DNA of 64,000 nucleotides from an uncultured Calditrichaceae bacterium. GTDB taxonomy: Bacteria > Calditrichota > Calditrichia > RBG-13-44-9. The notes beneath the pieces are model-generated. The model was not told the DNA's origin, ran no database searches, and worked only from the letters and a program-made list of their open reading frames with translations. Positions 19,469-30,000 of this stretch are shown here, in pieces. The stretch is from assembly GCA_964452045.1 (NCBI GenBank), contig CAYVKM010000010.1, positions 5,218 through 69,217 of the forward strand, in the 5' to 3' direction. The position numbers were made by a program, and so were the translations under genes. How positions within the stretch are numbered: the first letter of the stretch is position 1; each line of letters opens with the position of its first letter.

Positions 19469-20806
19469 ATGCATACATATCGATATCATATCAAGCAAAC
19501 CGCGAAACTGGCCTATCCGGTAACAATCGGACAGCTGGGACATGTGATGCTGGGCGTCGTAGACAGTATTATGGTGGGAAAAGTAGGCGCCACACCCCTG
19601 GCTGCATCCTCCCTGGTAAATGGTCTGGTTTTTCTGGTGCTGGTTTTTGGTCTGGGAATGACTCTGGGCATTACTCCCCTGGTTGCCATTGCCCGGGGAA
19701 AGGAAGATCACACCAAATGCGGGATCATTTTGCGTCAGGCCTTACTGGTGAATGGCATTCTCGGGTTGGGAATTTCAATCATCGTTTATCTCATGGCCGA
19801 TCTGGTCTTTTATCTGAATCAACCGGCAGAGGTTGCCATTCAGGCTGCATCATATACTAAAATAATCAGCTTCTCGCTTCTGCCCTTTATGATATTCCAG
19901 AATTACCGGCAATTCATTGAAGGTTTATCCTTTACCAAACCGGCGATGTACATTACCATTCTGGCAAACGGAATTAATATATTCGGCAACTGGGTTTTTA
20001 TTTACGGCAACCTCGGATTCCCCGCGTATGGATTGGATGGTGCCGGATATTCCACATTTTTTACCCGTCTTTTTATGGCCGTAGCTATGTTAATCTACGT
20101 CCTGTCCTCACAGCGGTTTAAACAATACGATCCTTCTTTCAGATTTCGCAGTATTAATCGAAAGGTGATCAAACAATTATTAAACATCGGTGTTCCCAGC
20201 GGATTCCTTCATTTTTTTGAATTCGGAGCTTTTTCCTTTTCGGCTGTAATGATCGGATGGCTGGGGAAAGTCCAACTGGCTGCACATCAGATCGCCCTGA
20301 GTATGGCCGCGATTTCATTTATGTTCGTCATGGGTATATCAGCAGCCGGAACGATACGGGTAGGAAATGCTCTGGGAAGAAACCATCATACTGAAGTAAG
20401 GGATGCCGGTTTTTCCGCTATCCTTTTTGGTGCTTTAACTATGGCCATTTTCGGCGCCTTATTTATCTCCCTGCGGAATTTCTTTCCCACACTTTATATC
20501 AACGATATGGCGGTGATCCGGGTAGCAGCTTCTTTGCTCATCGTTGCGGCTTTTTTCCAGATTTCGGACGGTGTGCAGGCGGTTGGGCTGGGTGTGTTGC
20601 GGGGAATAACCGATGTGAAAATTCCGATGATCATCAGTTTTATCGCCTATTGGGCCATCGGATTGCCGGTGGGATATTTTTTGGGATTTAAATTAAAATA
20701 TGAAGCAGTTGGCGTTTGGATCGGCCTGCTCTGCGGATTAACCGTGGCCGCCACATTTTTCTTTTTACGATTTCATCTGAAGACAAAAAAGCTGGGCCAG
20801 GTGTAG
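19469..20806 (+). CDS. MATE family multidrug efflux transporter (NorM-like)
   Basis: 445 aa, 12 TM, with the duplicated MATE repeat architecture. Confidence 0.75.
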   Translation: MHTYRYHIKQTAKLAYPVTIGQLGHVMLGVVDSIMVGKVGATPLAASSLVNGLVFLVLVFGLGMTLGITPLVAIARGKEDHTKCGIILRQALLVNGILGLGISIIVYLMADLVFYLNQPAEVAIQAASYTKIISFSLLPFMIFQNYRQFIEGLSFTKPAMYITILANGINIFGNWVFIYGNLGFPAYGLDGAGYSTFFTRLFMAVAMLIYVLSSQRFKQYDPSFRFRSINRKVIKQLLNIGVPSGFLHFFEFGAFSFSAVMIGWLGKVQLAAHQIALSMAAISFMFVMGISAAGTIRVGNALGRNHHTEVRDAGFSAILFGALTMAIFGALFISLRNFFPTLYINDMAVIRVAASLLIVAAFFQISDGVQAVGLGVLRGITDVKIPMIISFIAYWAIGLPVGYFLGFKLKYEAVGVWIGLLCGLTVAATFFFLRFHLKTKKLGQV

Positions 20807-20966
20807 TTGAACACTTATGGTGTTCTACGATTGCCAATTACACAGTTCTTAGACTTCTGACATATTCCACTTTACACGCAGCCTATTTTACTAATCCCAT
20901 CGTGATTGAACATTTATAGTAATTAAACAACAAAAAACATCACAATCCCACAGGGGTTGAACCACA

Positions 20967-23900
20967 TTATTTCTTCCATTCCGGTAACCTTCCCGGTGTC
21001 CAGGGCGCCCCAGCCTGCTCCATCTCCGTCTCAAGATCTTTCAGATTCATCTCAACCAATCTTTTCAGACGGGCCAGCTGCGGCTCAAACATTTCCCCGG
21101 CAATGCGATAATTTTCTTGCTGGGTCTCAGTCGGTGCCGAGGTGGAACGCCACTGATCGCCGACAATTATCTCTATCCGATCGGAAATAGATGGTGGCTG
21201 ATTTCCATTACGGCTGCTAACGGTTTTATCACCTACCAATTTCCGCTGCAGATCATCTAACTCATTCTGCATGGCATTTACCTGATCCCACCAGGTGAGC
21301 GGAGCGGATGGGGTTTGCTGCAATGCTTTCCGAATATAATCTAGTTTCTCATTCACGTTCTGGGTTACTTTTATTGCGCCCAGGACCGAGCGTCCTAATT
21401 CACCCAATTTCTTCTGAAATGCCATCAAGGCCTCCCGATCCTGTGCCGGAAGGGTAGCAATCCCCAGCACACTGGCAGAAAATTTTTGCGGCCCGGCCAG
21501 TTTGGTGGTCGCCCCGTCGACTCTTTTAAATAGTGTTACCTGGTACTCCCCCGGCATGGCCAGCATCCAGGAGTTGTCATTTTCGGAATCTATCTCGCGC
21601 TTCTCTTCCAATTCAACCGGTGCGTTATTGGGAAAACGCAAATCCCAGGAAATCCTCTGTATTCCATTTTTAGGGGCAATATTCATTCGGCGGATAACCT
21701 CACCAGTCAAATCGGAAACCTCAAAAATCAGGTAAGGCGGTTGTTCATCATCCTCCGCCCTTAATTCTGCCCAGCTGGGATATGGAACAGGTTTACCTTC
21801 CTTTCGGAGCTGCTTTTCTTTCTCCTGCCGGATTTGCTTTTTCGTCCGGATGGTGTCTTTCAAAAAATAAGTAAAGGTTGCGCCAAATGGTGGATTATCC
21901 GCCGAGAAGAAGGAATGACCTTCCTCACCGGTTCCGGTTCTGGATTGAATGTACATCCAGCAATCCTTAACCGGAAAAATCGTATTACCCTCTTCCAAGC
22001 GATTATCCGCTGTTTCCCGCAATGGCGAATAATCATCCAGGACGTAAAAACTCCGGCCGAAAGTAGCCAGCACCAGATCGTTTTCCCGTTTTTGAATGGC
22101 AATATCCCTGATGGCAATGGTGGGTAATCCACCCTTCAACTGAATCCATTTATTTCCGCCATTGATAGTAAAGAAGATCCCAAATTCGGTTCCCACAAAA
22201 AGCAGATTGGGATTCACATGATCTTCGGCAATGGTGTAGACCGGACAATTGACCGGTAAATTTCCGGAAATGGATTTCCAGGATTTTCCCCGGTCGGTAC
22301 TTTTCAGAACATACGGTTTAAAATCAGCGTTTTTATGATTATCGCAGGTTGCATACACTGTATTTTCCTTATTCTGTGAAGCCCTCAGAAAACTGATATA
22401 GGTATATTCCGGCACCCCAGGTAATTTTTCAATCTTCCGCCAGGTTTTACTCCCATCTTCACTCACCTGGATCAATCCGTCATCAGTGCCAACATACAAC
22501 AATCCCTCTTTTAAGGGAGATTCCGCGAGCGCCACAATATTTCCATAGAGCGAAGTGGATGCATTTTTGGAGACCGCATCCACTCCCCACACCTTACCCA
22601 TTACCGGTAATTTATTGCGGTCAATTTGTCGGGTAAGATCAGGACTTATCACCTGCCAGGAAGTTCCCCGGTCATCACTCCGGAATAATTTGTTTGCCGC
22701 AAAATAAAGCCGGTTGGGATCGAAAGGGCTGATAATAAGCGGAGAGTCCCAATTCCAGCGATAGGGTTCCACATCCATACCTTCTATCGGCTTGATTCCC
22801 ATATCTTCAGTGCTCTGTTTATCGTACCGGACCAACCAACCGTATTGGGATTGCGCATAAACAATATTCAGATTGGTCGGATCCACCCTGGACTGAAACC
22901 CATCCCCACCATTGGTTACAAACCAATCTGAGTTTACAATCCCCACCCGGCTGGTGGTACGGGAAGGACCGCCCAGGCTAAAGTTATCCTGCGTTCCGCC
23001 ATAAACATTATAAAAGGGTTCAGCATCGTCCACTGCTACCCGATAGAATTGAGTCACCGGCAGATTACTTTTAAAATTCCAGGTTTTGGCCCGGTCAAAA
23101 GTTTCGTAAACCCCTCCATCCCCACCAATCAGAAAATGATCCGGGTTGGTGGGATGAATCCACATGGCATGATCATCTACATGCCGTAACTTATTCCCCA
23201 GACGATTAAAAGTCTTGCCACCATCCTCGGTGAAACTGGTATAGGTATTGAGTGAATACACCAGGTCGACATCAAGAGGGTCCGCGACAATTTCCTGGTA
23301 ATACTGTGGACTGGTAGTCATATAATTGCTTCTTTTTTCCCAGGATTCACCCCGGTCAGTAGAACGGAAAAATCCGCCCTGATTATCCGCTGCTTCGATA
23401 ATAGCATAAATTACATCCGGATTGGCCGGGGATATGGCCAGTCCAATTCGACCCAGATCAACCTTTGGTATCCCCGATTCTAACTTCCTCCAGGATTTCC
23501 CGGCATCGATGGATTTGTACAGGGCCGATTCCGGGCCGCCGTTGATCAAGGTATAGACATGCCGCCGGCGCTGATAGGAAGCTGTATAAAGCAGATCCGG
23601 GTCTCTCAAATCCATCACCAGATCGGTGACACCAGTATTTTCGCTGATGGTTAATATAGCTTGCCAGGTATTTCCCCCATCCACTGATTTGTATAAACCG
23701 CGGTCGCCACCCGGACCCCAGAGTGGTCCCTGGGCGGCAACATAGATGGTCTGCGAATCTCGAGGATCAACAATTATTTTTGCGATATGCTCGGAGTGCT
23801 TGAGACCCATATTTTTCCAGTTCTTGCCTCCATCCAGGGATTTGTAAACCCCGTCTCCGTAACCAACACTGCGCTGGCTGTTGTTCTCCCCGGTTCCGAC

Positions 23901-24236
23901 CCAGATTACATTATGATTATTGGGGTCTATGGTCACACATCCAATGGAATAGGATCCTTCCTTGTCAAAAACAGGTTCAAATGTGGTACCGGAGTTGGTG
24001 GTTTTCCAGACACCTCCACATGCCACGGCAACATAATACTCGTGTATATTTTCTGGGTTTACCGCAAAATCGATAATTCGTCCGGAAGTGACAGCCGGCC
24101 CGATTAACCTGAATTTAAGGCCTTCAAAGGTTTTTGCGGACATGAGTCCTTTGTTTGAATTATTATCCGGTCCTGCGAATAGTGTTCCAGAAATGATTAA
24201 AATAATTATCAAAACAAGTAAATAGTGCCGTTTCAT
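20967..24236 (-). CDS. Large secreted BNR/Asp-box repeat protein (sortilin/Vps10-like or GH74-like double beta-propeller) with a C-terminal coiled-coil region
   Basis: 1089 aa with a signal peptide. At least 8 Asp-box motifs S-x-D-x-G-x-T/S-W (SLDGGKNW, SVDGGNTW, SIDAGKSW, STDRGESW, TEDGGKTF, SDDRGTSW, STDRGKSW, TINGGNKW). GGAGG RBS. Confidence 0.6.
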   Translation of the reverse strand: MKRHYLLVLIIILIISGTLFAGPDNNSNKGLMSAKTFEGLKFRLIGPAVTSGRIIDFAVNPENIHEYYVAVACGGVWKTTNSGTTFEPVFDKEGSYSIGCVTIDPNNHNVIWVGTGENNSQRSVGYGDGVYKSLDGGKNWKNMGLKHSEHIAKIIVDPRDSQTIYVAAQGPLWGPGGDRGLYKSVDGGNTWQAILTISENTGVTDLVMDLRDPDLLYTASYQRRRHVYTLINGGPESALYKSIDAGKSWRKLESGIPKVDLGRIGLAISPANPDVIYAIIEAADNQGGFFRSTDRGESWEKRSNYMTTSPQYYQEIVADPLDVDLVYSLNTYTSFTEDGGKTFNRLGNKLRHVDDHAMWIHPTNPDHFLIGGDGGVYETFDRAKTWNFKSNLPVTQFYRVAVDDAEPFYNVYGGTQDNFSLGGPSRTTSRVGIVNSDWFVTNGGDGFQSRVDPTNLNIVYAQSQYGWLVRYDKQSTEDMGIKPIEGMDVEPYRWNWDSPLIISPFDPNRLYFAANKLFRSDDRGTSWQVISPDLTRQIDRNKLPVMGKVWGVDAVSKNASTSLYGNIVALAESPLKEGLLYVGTDDGLIQVSEDGSKTWRKIEKLPGVPEYTYISFLRASQNKENTVYATCDNHKNADFKPYVLKSTDRGKSWKSISGNLPVNCPVYTIAEDHVNPNLLFVGTEFGIFFTINGGNKWIQLKGGLPTIAIRDIAIQKRENDLVLATFGRSFYVLDDYSPLRETADNRLEEGNTIFPVKDCWMYIQSRTGTGEEGHSFFSADNPPFGATFTYFLKDTIRTKKQIRQEKEKQLRKEGKPVPYPSWAELRAEDDEQPPYLIFEVSDLTGEVIRRMNIAPKNGIQRISWDLRFPNNAPVELEEKREIDSENDNSWMLAMPGEYQVTLFKRVDGATTKLAGPQKFSASVLGIATLPAQDREALMAFQKKLGELGRSVLGAIKVTQNVNEKLDYIRKALQQTPSAPLTWWDQVNAMQNELDDLQRKLVGDKTVSSRNGNQPPSISDRIEIIVGDQWRSTSAPTETQQENYRIAGEMFEPQLARLKRLVEMNLKDLETEMEQAGAPWTPGRLPEWKK

Positions 24237-24266
24237 GAGCCATCCTCCATTTGAAATATTTTTTAT

Positions 24267-25019
24267 CTAATTTAAAATGATGCCCACCGGACAGTGATCG
24301 GAACCTTTTACCTCCGGCAGGATAAAGGCATTTTTCAGCCGTGGCCTTAATTCAGGGGAAAGCAGAAAGTAGTCAATCCGCCATCCCACATTTTTCTCGC
24401 GTGCCCGGCCAATGTAGCTCCACCAGCTGTAATGGCCGGCTCCTTTTTCAAACTCCCGGAATGTATCAATAAACCCAGCTTCGATCATTCGATCCATACT
24501 GGCCCGTTCCTCATCGGTAAATCCGGCATTGCGCCTGTTTTGTCTGGGATTGGCCAAATCAATTTCTTTGTGGGCAACATTGAGATCGCCACAAACCACC
24601 ACTGGTTTATCTTCTTCTAGATTTTTTATATATTCCAGAAAATCCGGGTCCCACTGTTCTGCCCGGTAATCCAGCCGCAATAATCCACGTTTTGAATTGG
24701 GAGTATAGACGTTTACCAGGAAGTAATCTGCAAATTCGGCCGTCAGGACCCGCCCCTCCTTATCATGATGCGACAAGCCCAGTCCGTATGTAACGGCAAG
24801 GGGTTTGATTTTTGAAAAAATGGCTGTTCCTGAGTATCCCCTTCTCTCCGCAGCATTCCAATATTGGCAATAGTCATCCAATTGAAGATGAATCTGTTCG
24901 GGATGTGCTTTTGTCTCCTGCAGGCACAGAATATCCGGATTCTCCGATTGCACAAAATCGTAAAAGCCATTTTTCATAATGGCTCGAATACCATTCACAT
25001 TCCAAGATAGAAATTTCAT
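24267..25019 (-). CDS. xth: Exodeoxyribonuclease III (AP endonuclease)
   Basis: [13 protein letters not shown]...CLQETK...SDHCPV is colinear with E. coli Xth. The likely start is the internal Met at 25019; the track ORF extends to 25055. Confidence 0.9.
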   Translation of the reverse strand: MKFLSWNVNGIRAIMKNGFYDFVQSENPDILCLQETKAHPEQIHLQLDDYCQYWNAAERRGYSGTAIFSKIKPLAVTYGLGLSHHDKEGRVLTAEFADYFLVNVYTPNSKRGLLRLDYRAEQWDPDFLEYIKNLEEDKPVVVCGDLNVAHKEIDLANPRQNRRNAGFTDEERASMDRMIEAGFIDTFREFEKGAGHYSWWSYIGRAREKNVGWRIDYFLLSPELRPRLKNAFILPEVKGSDHCPVGIILN

Positions 25020-25244
25020 TTGAATTCCGTGAGAGCGTTCTTTTTCCGAAAACAATATATTGTTTTAGTCAACTGTGGGTCAATTCTTTTCAAATTCAGT
25101 TTTAAAAACCAGAAAACTCAGGGTGAAATCACCAGATATAATTGAGATAGTAAAAATAGATTATATCCAAATGAAGGAAGGGGAGATTAACAGAAATTTA
25201 ATTCAGATCGGCCCCATTATTAAAATAATGATGATGGATTCCAA

Positions 25245-27041
25245 TTAAAACGCCTGGCCCACGCTGAAATATAATCGGGTTTTAGGTTCACCATTTTCAG
25301 GCTTCAGGTTGAAGGCATAATCCAGACGAAGTATTCCCACCGGTGAATTCACCCGCAGACCGGTGCCAACAGACTGCCTCAGGTTATCTAGTTTAATCTC
25401 GGATGGGGTGATATAAATATTACCCAATTCACCAAAAACAGCCATACCGAACATTTTATAAATTGTTTGCCGGATTTCAAAAACATTCCACACCAATTTA
25501 AATTTTCCACCCAGCGGTATGCCGTTCTGATCCAGTGGCCCCACTTTCTGGTACCGGAAAGCCCTCATCTCATTTGGACCACCGGTGTAGAATCTCTCAT
25601 TCAAAGGGATGGCATTAATTCCGCCCGGGGCATTAATCCAGCCAAGACTTAAAGACATGGCAACAACCGTACTCCTGGTTGCGGGATAAAAATATTTTGC
25701 ATCCAAAATAGTATTGAAAAACCTTACGCCACCGGTAAAAAAAAGACCGGCCAATTCATTAGACCATTCAATATAAGTTCCATTGGAGGTATTGAAGATA
25801 TTATCCCGGGTATCATAAATGAGGGCAAGCTTAAAACTTCGAACCTTATTTTGTGGTGGTTCTTTTATTTCTGCCACTTTGATATTGCTTAGATCATTAT
25901 TTTCGTGCCGGTAACTGAGAAGCACATTGGAGCGTTTTAGAAATCTTCTTCCCACAGTAAGCACACCACCGATACTGCGTAAATCAAAACCCGGCTCCTT
26001 CGTATAATCTGCCTTAAGGTTCAGGTCCGTGCGGAAACGAGTATGAAAGGTCCAGGGTTCGGTAAAAGATGCCTCCGCCCCCAGATAGAGTGAACTGTAT
26101 TTCAAGGCAATACCTGCTTTTCTGGCAGAACCGCTGATATTGTCGTTATATACTTCCGTTTTAATCCTGAACTTTTCCACAGAACCATATCCGCCACTTA
26201 TATTAAATTGGGCAGGTATTTTATCTTTCAGATCAACTAACACTATTTTAAGGGTGGAATCCTGTTCAGATGCCGGTCTCAGAGAAATATAGACACTCTG
26301 GAACAGGCCGGTTAAATAGAGCAGTCGCTGGGAGTTCAATAATTTTGAGTAATCGACTACTTCTCCCTTTTTAAAGGTCAGCTCCCGGGTAACTACATGC
26401 GGTTTAGTAATTGTGAGACCATTTAGTTGGATATCATCGATTCGGTATTGCGGTCCCTCCCGGATTACAAAATTAACAAAAGCCATCTGACTATCCGCCA
26501 GAACTTTTATATCGGTTTGAACCTGGGCATCCAGAAAACCATTGTTGGAATAATAATTCAGGACCCGTGTGGTAGATTCATCTATTTTTTTCTGCAGTAG
26601 CGGTTCCCCTTCCCGAAGTGTAATAACCTTGCCCAACGCCTTTCCGGAAAAAAATTCATTGCCGGACAGACTAACCGATTCCACGAATGTGCGGATCCCT
26701 TCATCAATGTCGATAGTGATATACACTGCTTTCTTGGCGGTGTCTTTTTCCACTTGATAATCTGCTATTTTGCTTTCCAGATAGCCCTGCTGTTTATAAG
26801 ACAGGGCAATATTGTCGAGGTCATTATGAAGTACCTCCGCATGATAATAGCGTTTTTTAAAGAGGGAGGATGGTTTGGAAATCATGATTCCCCTTAACTG
26901 ATCTCCGGAAAATGCACTGTTGCCCTTAAACTGAACAGACTTTATTTCAACCTGTTCTCCCGGTTTGGCAACGATGGTTTGAACCGTTCCTGCCAAGAAG
27001 AGTAATGTCAACCAGATATAACTTCGCTTAATCTTTTTCAT
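25245..27041 (-). CDS. tamA: Omp85-family outer membrane protein (TamA/BamA-like: POTRA domains plus a 16-strand barrel)
   Basis: Signal peptide, three POTRA-like segments, and a barrel ending in a terminal aromatic (SVGQAF). The start overlaps the stop of the upstream tamB-like gene by 4 nt. Confidence 0.7.
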   Translation of the reverse strand: MKKIKRSYIWLTLLFLAGTVQTIVAKPGEQVEIKSVQFKGNSAFSGDQLRGIMISKPSSLFKKRYYHAEVLHNDLDNIALSYKQQGYLESKIADYQVEKDTAKKAVYITIDIDEGIRTFVESVSLSGNEFFSGKALGKVITLREGEPLLQKKIDESTTRVLNYYSNNGFLDAQVQTDIKVLADSQMAFVNFVIREGPQYRIDDIQLNGLTITKPHVVTRELTFKKGEVVDYSKLLNSQRLLYLTGLFQSVYISLRPASEQDSTLKIVLVDLKDKIPAQFNISGGYGSVEKFRIKTEVYNDNISGSARKAGIALKYSSLYLGAEASFTEPWTFHTRFRTDLNLKADYTKEPGFDLRSIGGVLTVGRRFLKRSNVLLSYRHENNDLSNIKVAEIKEPPQNKVRSFKLALIYDTRDNIFNTSNGTYIEWSNELAGLFFTGGVRFFNTILDAKYFYPATRSTVVAMSLSLGWINAPGGINAIPLNERFYTGGPNEMRAFRYQKVGPLDQNGIPLGGKFKLVWNVFEIRQTIYKMFGMAVFGELGNIYITPSEIKLDNLRQSVGTGLRVNSPVGILRLDYAFNLKPENGEPKTRLYFSVGQAF

Positions 27042-30000
27042 TTGAATTTGATCTGATATTTGAGATCGATGCCTGTTTCACCCTTCTGATTCGATTCACC
27101 CTGAATCGCCCAGTGCTTGGAAAAGTTGTAATCCAGCCGAATGCCCTGATCATTGATATGACCAACAGTAGTGGAATAGGTTACTTCGAAACGGTTTAAA
27201 AAGGTTTTTTTGGCCACTAACTGGGGACCGCCACCTTGATTAAAACGAAATATATTCCCTTCGATCATAACCTGATCCAGACCAAGCAGATTACCAACCT
27301 GGGTGCTTAAATACCTGGTGATCCGCTGACTGGAAAATGCTTCAACCCGCCGGGTAAGGACGTTAGTAACTGATGATCCCCCCTCCGAACTGCTCAAAAG
27401 ATTTCCGGTGGTAGTACCCAAAGTGAGTACAGATAATATATCCGATTTGCTTAATGGAGGAGTTGAAGTTAAAGCTACGACAGGTTCATCCAATGGACCG
27501 GTAACCATGAGAACGATTTGATAATCCGTGGATTGTTGACGTTCATAGACGGTTACATTCGAGGTGGCTTTTAAATTCACAATCGGATTCAATTTGTTCG
27601 GATCAACAAAATCCACTATCGCTGTATCCACCTGGAATTTCCGGTCCAGATACATCACATAGCCTTTTTCGGCCTGCACCCGGCCAGTGACATTTGGATT
27701 TGCCAAAGTGCCGATAAATTCCAGGGCCGCATCAAACTGGATATTGGCCAGGTTGTTATCTATCCATAGATCCTTACTCTGTCGAAGCCGGATATTTAAC
27801 CTGGTGTTTTTCTGCAATTCAGTTGGTTCAGTTATCGGACCCCGGGCAGTGCGGAGAGATTGAATTATTTCCTGCGGCTCGATATTTCGGGTAAATTGAC
27901 TTTTTCCCAATGCGAGGTCTCCGGAAAGCTGGTAGTAACCATTTTTCTTCTGATAGACCAATTGGGCAGAATCGATGAGCACTTTAAAGAAATCCGGTCT
28001 TTCGATTGGCATATTTTCTAGTGAAGTTTTCAAATTTGCTTCGGTTAATTCGAAATGATCCAGGGTAAAATCGCCCGTGGCCTGGGCTGTGCCTCCTGCC
28101 AGTTTGAAAAAGAAAGAATCCACCCTCACCGTCTGCCGGTTCAGCGAAATATTCATCCTGCCGTCGCTCACCGTTTCAGTAAAGTTGACAGGCTGGAATC
28201 CTAACTGGTCAATTTTTAACTCTCCAAATAGGGAGGGATTCTGAAACATCCCGCGGATGGACAGATTTGCCGACACTTCCCCCTTCAACGCGTTTAATTG
28301 GGGAACGAAAGGCTGTAATATTGAAAGATCCATGCTTTTTACTGCCAGTTGTATGTTCAAAGAATCCGGGTAAAGCCGGCCGGATAAATCAAGGGTTTCC
28401 CGGTCGGACAACTGCAGCTGAAAATTTGTGCGGAATTTCTTCCAGTCCTGGGTAATGAATTGTCCGTTCAATTGAAAGGGTGTCTTCAAATATTTTCCCT
28501 GTAACGGTTTGATAATAAAAAGCGAATCCTGAAAAGCCATGTTCAGGGAGACATTCTCAAAACCCGGAGCCTGGGGATTAAGCAAGAACGAGCCGCCGGT
28601 TATTTCTGCTGTTCCCCGAATTTTAGGTTTTTCAAGCTGACCGGAAATATTCAGGGTATAGTTGACAAACCCATTTACCTTGTGCTGCTCTGGTAAAAAT
28701 GGTTCAAATAATTCAAGACTCAAATGCTTACCAATTGCTCTGAGATTAACTAGGCTTTGTGGAGATAGGTAAATCGAGCCGGTGGCGCGATGCATCACCT
28801 CAAGCCGGCCTTTTATTCCAGACTGCTCGCCTCCAATAAAGGCAACCATAGAATCCAATTGCAGGTCTGATCGGGTGAGTAAAATTGCTCCATGGATGGA
28901 ATCGACAAGTGTCTCTTTATATTGGAAAGGTTTTAGTTCAAAGCGAAATTTCCCGCGGGGACTGGGGGGTTTTCCCCTTAAACTTAAGTCGAATCCGGCG
29001 TTTCCGGAAATGGGAATATCCAGAGGAGATATCCTAATTACTTTATCCAAATCCAGATGATAAGATTTTACATCTATCCTCCAGTTCGAAGAATCAGCCA
29101 AATCGAAAGTAGACTGAACCAGACCAAAGGGGAATATTTCTTCCTTCCTCTGGGTAGAATCGAAGGGAACCGCAAAGCTCACCGGGATATTTCCGCCAGT
29201 TAGGGCAACACCCAGCATACCGCAGGCTTTCTTTAAAGTATATTCACCTTCCGCCAAAAGACTAACCGAATCCTGTTGGAAATAGCTCGGATTAAGCTCC
29301 ACTCTTCCACTATCCAGCGAGAGATTAATTTCAGCTTTAGCCAGTTGCCATTTCTGATAAGACACGCTGTTAAGTGACACATTCAATTGCCCCTTGGGAT
29401 CATCAACCGGTCCCTCCACTGAGCCATTATAAGCAATGCCACCTGTCAATCCCATGAGATGAAAAGGAGATTTAAGAGAATCGATCGAAGTGAGTTCGCC
29501 GGAAAACATGGTTTTATGGAGGATTAGTTTATTATCCCGATAGTCGAGGCCGCCATTTATGGTATCCAGAGGCATATTCTGATATGAAATGCTATCTCCC
29601 CGGAAGGACAGGCTGATATCGGGATTATTTGTCTGACCCGAAATGGTTCCGGAAAATTCTAAATGCCCTTTCAGATCCGAAATCCCGGCAAGGTTTGCAA
29701 AAGTTTGAATCTGACGGATGTTTGCCAAGAAATTTCCATTTACAGAATGATTGGAGAGTTCGAATGAACCTTTCAATCGGGATTCTCCCTGACGCATATT
29801 TACCGCAAATATTTTATTGTCGAATCGGAGATCGCCGTTCAGGTCTGCCATAGGTTTGGAATTATAAAACATCCGAGTCAGAGAAATTGTGGAGTTCACG
29901 GTCAGATCCACCGGGTTCTTTAGCGGGCCCTCAGTTTTGACACCTCCGTTAATCTCACCGGTAAACGCTGCCTGGTTTTGTAGAACCAGATGACGAACCG

